This document shows positions 62,636-64,000 of a DNA stretch of 64,000 nucleotides, piece by piece. The stretch covers positions 1,503 to 65,502 of the forward strand of contig NZ_DATCYB010000085.1 in the NCBI RefSeq assembly GCF_036570505.1. Direction: 5' to 3'. The stretch's first letter is position 1. Every line of letters begins with the position of its first letter. The notes beneath the pieces were generated by a model. That model saw only the letters and a list, made by a program, of their open reading frames with translations. It was not told the origin of the DNA and made no database searches. Position numbers and translations under genes: made by a program. The stretch is from Allosphingosinicella sp. (GTDB taxonomy: Bacteria > Pseudomonadota > Alphaproteobacteria > Sphingomonadales > Sphingomonadaceae).

Positions 62636-63805
62636 TCAGCCGACGAAATGATCGAAGCCCGCCATGATGCGGTCGAAGAAACCGGCTTCATCGACGGCTT
62701 CGGCGGCGACGAGCGGCATTGTCTGCGGTTCGGTGTCGCCAGTGGCGACGACCAGGTTGGCGATATGCTGGCCGGCCTTGATCGGCGCCTTGACCGGGCC
62801 GTCATAGACGACCTTGACGCTCATGTTGCCGCGCGAGATCCCCGCCGGAATGGTGACGGCGATGTCGCGCGGCGCGACCAGGCCGACCTTGTCCTCGCTG
62901 CCGAGCTGGACCCGCGCGTCGGCGATCTTCTCGCCCTTGGTGAGGAGCGGTTGCGACTGCCAGGCGCGGAAGCCCCAATTCATGAACCTGGTGCTTTCGT
63001 CGACCCGCTGGCCATAGCTGTCGAGGCCGGCGAGGACCATGATGAGGCGGCGACCGTTCTGCTCGGCCGAACCGGTGAAGCCGTAACCGGCCGCTTCGGT
63101 GTGGCCCGTCTTCAACCCGTCGGCGCCGGCGACCTTGCCGAGCAGCGGGTTGCGGTTGGGCTGGGTGATCGGCTCGCCGCTCATCGTCTCGCCCCAGGTG
63201 AAGGATTCCTGGTCGTAGAATTCCTTGTACAGCTTGGGCGTCTCCTCGATCGTCGCGCGGGCGAGCGTCGTGAGGTCACGGGCCGTGGTATAGGTCACGC
63301 CTTCGTCCGGCCATCCGTTGGAATTGCCGAAATTCGAGTTGGTCATGCCGAGGCGCTTCGCCTCCGCATTCATCAGCGCGGCGAAGGCCGGTTCGGTGCC
63401 GGCGATGCATTCGGCGAGCACGACGCTGGCGTCGTTGCCGGAGACGGTGACGATGCCGTGGAGGAGATTGCGTACGCTGACCTGCTGGCCGGGCGACAGG
63501 AACATGGTCGATCCCGCCTGCGGGCCGTGCCATTGTTTCCAGGTTTCCGGCTGAACGGTGCACATCTGGTCGAGCTTGAGCTCGCCCCGCTTGACGAGGT
63601 GAAAGGCGATGTGCGTCGTCATCATCTTGGCCATGGAGGCCGGTGGGATGCGGCGATCCGGATCCTTCGCATAGAGGATGGCACCCGAGGAGAGGTCTTT
63701 CATGAAGGCGACCGGCGCGGGCGTTTCGAACGGTGGCGCGGCGGCAATGGCCGGCCATGTGAGCGCAGTCGCAAAAAATCCGAAAAGCAACGCCTTAGGC
63801 TTCAT
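62636..63805 (-). CDS. D-alanyl-D-alanine carboxypeptidase (PBP5/6 type)
   Basis: Signal peptide. SxxK (SMAKMMT), SGN (VSGNDA), KTG (LKTGHT), and a C-terminal beta-sandwich domain. Confidence 0.9.
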   Translation of the reverse strand: MKPKALLFGFFATALTWPAIAAAPPFETPAPVAFMKDLSSGAILYAKDPDRRIPPASMAKMMTTHIAFHLVKRGELKLDQMCTVQPETWKQWHGPQAGSTMFLSPGQQVSVRNLLHGIVTVSGNDASVVLAECIAGTEPAFAALMNAEAKRLGMTNSNFGNSNGWPDEGVTYTTARDLTTLARATIEETPKLYKEFYDQESFTWGETMSGEPITQPNRNPLLGKVAGADGLKTGHTEAAGYGFTGSAEQNGRRLIMVLAGLDSYGQRVDESTRFMNWGFRAWQSQPLLTKGEKIADARVQLGSEDKVGLVAPRDIAVTIPAGISRGNMSVKVVYDGPVKAPIKAGQHIANLVVATGDTEPQTMPLVAAEAVDEAGFFDRIMAGFDHFVG

Positions 63806-63893
63806 GATTGAGAACCATTCCTATGTTAATGGGGGCCACGTCCCGAGCCGCGGCCCCGAGTCTTAACGCTTCGGGCAGCGCTTCGCCAGTGGG

Positions 63894-64000
63894 TCAGCGG
63901 GCGATTTCATCCGCCAGGATGCCCACCGACAGCGCGTAGAAGTTCGAGCAATTATAGTCGAGGATGGTGCGGTAGTTGGTGGTGAGGAGATAGGCGGTCC
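63894..64000 (-). CDS. 3' end of a lytic murein transglycosylase-like gene (truncated by the window edge)
   Basis: Translation TAYLLTTNYRTILDYNCSNFYALSVGILADEIAR* resembles the conserved C-terminus (YN.S..YA.AV..LA..I) of MltB-type transglycosylases. Only 35 codons are visible. Confidence 0.4.
   Translation of the reverse strand, partial: TAYLLTTNYRTILDYNCSNFYALSVGILADEIAR

Overview
High-GC (roughly two-thirds G+C by eye) alphaproteobacterial chromosome segment. Gene order (yqeY-dnaG-rpoD, carA/carB-greA, eno-ftsB-pdhAB, dusB-ntrYX-hfq-hflX, dacC-tmk-holB-metG-tatD) and the GC-rich palindromic repeats look Sphingomonadaceae-like. That assignment, and every product call, comes from motifs I recognise in the supplied translations, not from a database search. 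I call about 62 protein-coding genes, 2 tRNAs (CAU and Pro-UGG), 1 tRNA 3' fragment and 2-3 pseudogenes. There is no rRNA, no CRISPR array and no intact transposase or integrase. Layout: (1) 1-8.7 kb is a copper-resistance island: two small Met/His/Cys-rich exported proteins, multicopper oxidase CopA, CopB, DUF2231, a frameshifted DUF4396, DUF305, and on the other strand a P-type ATPase-cueR-PepSY operon with a MerR-type promoter. (2) 8.7-11.3 kb holds a MoxR ATPase and a hypothetical gene, then about 1 kb of decayed foreign DNA: an orphan promoter with an alphaproteobacterial LexA-box-like GAAC-N7-GAAC, the C-terminal stump of a phage/GTA-type terminase, and a low-GC ORF broken by in-frame TAGs. 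(3) 11.3-64 kb is core housekeeping. Most large ORFs on the opposite strand of these genes are high-GC shadow ORFs and were rejected. I did not find a convincing complete novel multi-gene system such as a defence island. The best leads are: (a) a DUF559 endonuclease gene bracketed by inward-facing copies of a ~34-bp palindromic repeat, inserted in the yqeY-dnaG-rpoD operon and translationally coupled to dnaG; (b) a third copy of that repeat inserted in frame inside carA; (c) a 46-bp duplicate of the tRNA-Pro 3' end that frames a 0.5-kb att-like mini-island; (d) a single-chain tandem-domain Hfq; (e) a 22-nt operator core shared by two copper promoter regions; (f) a histidine kinase with a degenerate ATP-binding domain; (g) a yqjD/E/K-like membrane stress operon.
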